From Bacilli bacterium (GTDB lineage: Bacteria; Bacillota_I; Bacilli_A; RF39; UBA660), in contig JAAVZT010000003.1 in the NCBI GenBank assembly GCA_022791775.1, forward strand, positions 103,107-167,106: DNA of 64,000 bases, read 5' to 3'. Each line of letters begins with the position of its first letter. Position 1 is the stretch's first letter. The translations under genes and the position numbers were made by a program. This document shows, in pieces, positions 61,051-64,000 of this stretch. A model generated the notes under the pieces. The model had not been told where the DNA came from. It searched no databases and saw only the letters and a list, made by a program, of their open reading frames with translations.

Positions 61051-62856
61051 ATGAAAGAATACAAAAATCGAAAGGAAGTCGAAGAAAAATATAAATTTTC
61101 TTTAACCGATTTTTTTCAAAATGATGAAGAATGGGAAAAAGAATATCAAACATTACAAACTAATATAGCAATATTAGCAAATTATAAAGGAAAAATAAAA
61201 GATCCCCACAAACTACAAGAATATTTAGAAAAAATGATTCCACTTTCTAATTCATTATTAGATTTATATGTTTATGCTTATTTACAACATGACGTTGATT
61301 TAGAGAACAAAACTTATTTAGAAATGAAAAATAAAATATTAAATCTAAATGTAGAATGGGAACAAACAAACGCCTTTTTTGAGCCAGAAATAATAGAACT
61401 ATCTCTAGAAGAATGGCAAAAATTAAGTAACAAAACTGCTCTTCAAAAATATAAAAGATGGTTAGAAGAAATCTATCAACAAAAAAAACATATTTTAAAT
61501 GCAGAAGAAGAGAAATACATTTCCTTATTAAGTGATACTTATTCCAGTTATAGTCATATTTCTTCTTCACTCTTAAATAGCGAACATCACTACGGAAAAA
61601 TTAAACTCGCAACAGGAAAAACTTATGAAATCGCTCCCAATAATATTCGTTTTCTAAAACAACAAGGTACCAAAGAAGAAAGAAGAAAAATTCATCACAA
61701 ATTTGGTAAAACATTAAAACAATATGAAAATACAGAAAGTTTTTTGCTACATAATTATATAAAAAACAATATAAATTTAGCAAAAATAAGGAATTACAAA
61801 AATCCATGGCAACGAAAATTAGAACAAGTCCATCTTCCAAACGAAGTATTTGAAAATTTAAAATCATCAGCCAAAAAGTATGCTTCTGTATGGCATGATT
61901 ATTTCAAATTAATGAAAGAAGTACTTGGGCTAAAAGAACTTCACTCTTATGATCTAAGCTTAGATTGGGGAAAAAACAATCTAGAGTATTCGATCGAAGA
62001 AGCAGAAGAATTGATTCAAAATGCTTTAAAGCCACTCGGACCAACTTATCAAGCAAAATTAAATAAAGTATTTCAAAACCATTATATAGACTACTGTCAG
62101 TATAAGGGAAAAGTAAGTGGTGGCTATAGTTTTTCAACCAACACCCAAGATTCTCGTATTGTCTTAAGTTTTAAAGGCTCTTATCAGGATATTTTAACGA
62201 TTGCACATGAAGCAGGACACAATGTTCATCATCAATTTATCCAAGAAAATAATCCTTCTTGGTACTGTGATAGTTCTACCTTTGTTGCTGAAGTAGCTTC
62301 TTTAACCAATGAATTTTTATTAAACCACTATATGGCTAATCACGTAAATGACCAACATTTGCGAAGAAAAAGTATCGAACATACTCTAAAGACTTTTCAA
62401 AATAACTTCTTTGGAGCAATAATGGAAGGTGAAATGGAACAAGAAATGTATGAACATGTGGAAAAAGGCAATCTTTTAACTGCAGAATACTTAAATAAAT
62501 TAGCTCGAAACGCCCAAAAAGAATATCAAGGCCTAACCATCCAATATGATAAATATTCTGATTTAATGTGGGTAACAAGAAGTCACTACTATATGAATTT
62601 CTACTTATATAGCTACGCAGTTTGTGTAAGTATTGCAGCCATATTAGCTCAAAAAATTATTGCAAATGAATCTAGAATATTAGAGCAATATCAAACTTTT
62701 TTATCATGCGGTTCTAATATGTATCCTGAAGAAATTTATCAAACTCTAGGTATCGATTTAAAAGATCCTAACGTTTTTGAAAATGCAATTCAATATTTTC
62801 AAGAACAATTAACGTTATATCAAGAATTAGAAAAAGAAGGTGTAAAAAATGAATAA
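61051..62856 (+). CDS. pepF: Oligoendopeptidase F (M3B family)
   Basis: HEAGHNVHH zinc site (HExxH). ~600 aa. Overall M3B PepF-like layout. Confidence 0.8.
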   Translation: MKEYKNRKEVEEKYKFSLTDFFQNDEEWEKEYQTLQTNIAILANYKGKIKDPHKLQEYLEKMIPLSNSLLDLYVYAYLQHDVDLENKTYLEMKNKILNLNVEWEQTNAFFEPEIIELSLEEWQKLSNKTALQKYKRWLEEIYQQKKHILNAEEEKYISLLSDTYSSYSHISSSLLNSEHHYGKIKLATGKTYEIAPNNIRFLKQQGTKEERRKIHHKFGKTLKQYENTESFLLHNYIKNNINLAKIRNYKNPWQRKLEQVHLPNEVFENLKSSAKKYASVWHDYFKLMKEVLGLKELHSYDLSLDWGKNNLEYSIEEAEELIQNALKPLGPTYQAKLNKVFQNHYIDYCQYKGKVSGGYSFSTNTQDSRIVLSFKGSYQDILTIAHEAGHNVHHQFIQENNPSWYCDSSTFVAEVASLTNEFLLNHYMANHVNDQHLRRKSIEHTLKTFQNNFFGAIMEGEMEQEMYEHVEKGNLLTAEYLNKLARNAQKEYQGLTIQYDKYSDLMWVTRSHYYMNFYLYSYAVCVSIAAILAQKIIANESRILEQYQTFLSCGSNMYPEEIYQTLGIDLKDPNVFENAIQYFQEQLTLYQELEKEGVKNE

Positions 62857-63964
62857 AAAAGACTATTATGAAGTTTTAGGTCTTTCCAAAGGAGCAACAG
62901 ATGAAGAAATCAAAAGAGCCTTTCGAAAACTTGCAAAACAATATCATCCAGATGTCAATAAAGATCCTGGAGCGGAAGAAAAATTTAAAGAAATAGGAGA
63001 AGCTTATTCTGTCTTATCAGATCCAGATAAAAAAAGACAATACGACCAATTTGGTCATGCGGCTTTCCAAAATGGTGGCGGAGCTGGTTTTGGAGGATTT
63101 AACGCAGAAGACTTTGATTTTAGTAGTATTTTTGACGATTTATTCGGAGGGTCTTTTGGAGGATTTTCATCCTTTGGTTCACAAAGAAAAAGCACTAACC
63201 GTCCCCAAAAAGGCCGTGACCGTTTAATCCAAATCAACTTAACTTTTGATGAAGCAATTCATGGTTGCAAAAAAACAGTTGCTCTTTCGCTAGAAGAAGA
63301 ATGTGATAAATGTAAAGGTAAAGGCGGATTCGGCGAAAAAACTTGTTCACATTGTAACGGAAGAGGAAGAGTAATCGAAGAACAAAGAAGTTTTTTAGGC
63401 ATTTTTCAAACAGAAACGACTTGCTCTTATTGTAATGGCAAAGGCAAAACATATGAAGAAAAATGCAATAGTTGTCGCGGAACAGGCCACGTAAAAAAAG
63501 AAAAAGAATTAGAAATAACCATCCCAGAAGGTGTAGATACAGGTCACCAGCTAAAAATAACAGGTAAAGGAGAAGCAGGTTATAACGGAGGCCCTAATGG
63601 AGATATTTATTTTGAATTTAAAGTAAAAGAAAGTCCTATCTTCATACGAGAAGATCTAGATCTTTATTTAGAAGTGCCAATTACCATAACAGATGCCATT
63701 CTTGGCTGTAAAAAAGAAATTCCTACTACAGATGGAAGTGTTATATTAGAAATAAAAGCCGGAACTCAAAATGGAAACAAACTTAAACTAAAAGGCAAAG
63801 GCGTTAAAAACGTCAATGGACGTAATAAAGGTGATTTATATGTTATTGTTAAAGTAATCATCCCAACAAAACTAACAAGAGAACAGAAGAAAATCATTGA
63901 AGAACTTAGAAAAACTAATCTAAATGAAGAAAGCGAAATCCGAAAATTTAATCAATATTTATAA
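62849..63964 (+). CDS. dnaJ: Chaperone DnaJ (Hsp40)
   Basis: J-domain ([31 protein letters not shown]), a G/F-rich region, four CxxCxGxG zinc-finger repeats and a C-terminal domain. The start overlaps pepF by 8 nt. Confidence 0.95.
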   Translation: MNKKDYYEVLGLSKGATDEEIKRAFRKLAKQYHPDVNKDPGAEEKFKEIGEAYSVLSDPDKKRQYDQFGHAAFQNGGGAGFGGFNAEDFDFSSIFDDLFGGSFGGFSSFGSQRKSTNRPQKGRDRLIQINLTFDEAIHGCKKTVALSLEEECDKCKGKGGFGEKTCSHCNGRGRVIEEQRSFLGIFQTETTCSYCNGKGKTYEEKCNSCRGTGHVKKEKELEITIPEGVDTGHQLKITGKGEAGYNGGPNGDIYFEFKVKESPIFIREDLDLYLEVPITITDAILGCKKEIPTTDGSVILEIKAGTQNGNKLKLKGKGVKNVNGRNKGDLYVIVKVIIPTKLTREQKKIIEELRKTNLNEESEIRKFNQYL

Positions 63965-63967
63965 AAA

Positions 63968-63998
63968 AAGTACAAAAAAAGTGTACTTTTTTTAATTT
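63968..63998 (+). terminator. Rho-independent terminator after dnaJ (AGTACA-N7-TGTACT + T-run)
   Basis: A 6-bp stem followed by TTTTTTTAATTTT. Confidence 0.5.
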
Positions 63999-64000
63999 TT

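Overview
This window looks like a chromosomal segment from a low-GC, AT-rich, endospore-forming Firmicute that uses the standard genetic code (TGA is a stop, TGG is Trp). I could not assign the species from sequence alone. Gene order strongly recalls Bacillus subtilis, almost entirely on the + strand.

Housekeeping backbone, in order:
- radC' (3' end only) - mreC - mreD-like - spoIVFA-like - spoIVFB.
- An rplU leader, then rplU - prp - rpmA.
- Two divergent tandem paralogs where spo0B would be expected.
- A His-less CPBP-like membrane protein, a membrane protein, obg, and a DUF192 gene on the minus strand.

From 9.2 to 15.5 kb there is a large secreted protein with a SipW-type N-terminus, followed by a complete Gram-positive Tad/Flp pilus locus: flp pilin, two TadE-like pseudopilins, tadZ, cpaF/tadA, tadB and tadC. 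No prepilin peptidase gene is in the window.

A type-II tRNA-Leu(GAG) at 15557-15642 marks the start of an accessory region that runs to about 24.4 kb:
- An intact large serine recombinase.
- A cargo block: a beta-lactamase-fold serine hydrolase, a CDA-fold deaminase, an HExxH protein, a coiled-coil-CHAT (caspase-like) protease and a DUF1016/YhcG PD-(D/E)xK nuclease.
- A degenerate copy of the tRNA 3' end at 22794-22823.
- A frameshifted MobV/Pre relaxase pseudogene and a deleted serine-recombinase remnant.

Next come a Cys-rich protein, a CotS/APH-like kinase, a BceAB-RS-type ABC plus two-component module, ybaK, ruvA-(HAD)-ruvB, a DUF3781-like gene, queA, a transglutaminase-like gene (-), rpsT (-), gpr-like - spoIIP - yqxA - lepA - hemW, a glycerophosphodiester phosphodiesterase (GDPD), two paralogous repeat proteins, and a T-box upstream of valS.

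The locus I find most intriguing is at 48.7-55 kb:
- Two paralogous ~190-aa secreted proteins with SipW-cognate-like signal peptides.
- A SipW-type (S26B) signal peptidase fused to a ~250-aa polytopic membrane domain.
- A bitopic membrane protein and a 460-aa Gly-rich secreted protein.
- A dedicated sigma-70-family factor.
- An inverted-repeat operator behind an extended -10 promoter upstream.

The window ends with an LPG-synthase-TM-like gene, pssA, psd, and then a sigmaA promoter plus CIRCE driving hrcA-grpE-dnaK. A terminator follows dnaK, then pepF (M3B) sits between dnaK and dnaJ. No CRISPR array or rRNA is present.
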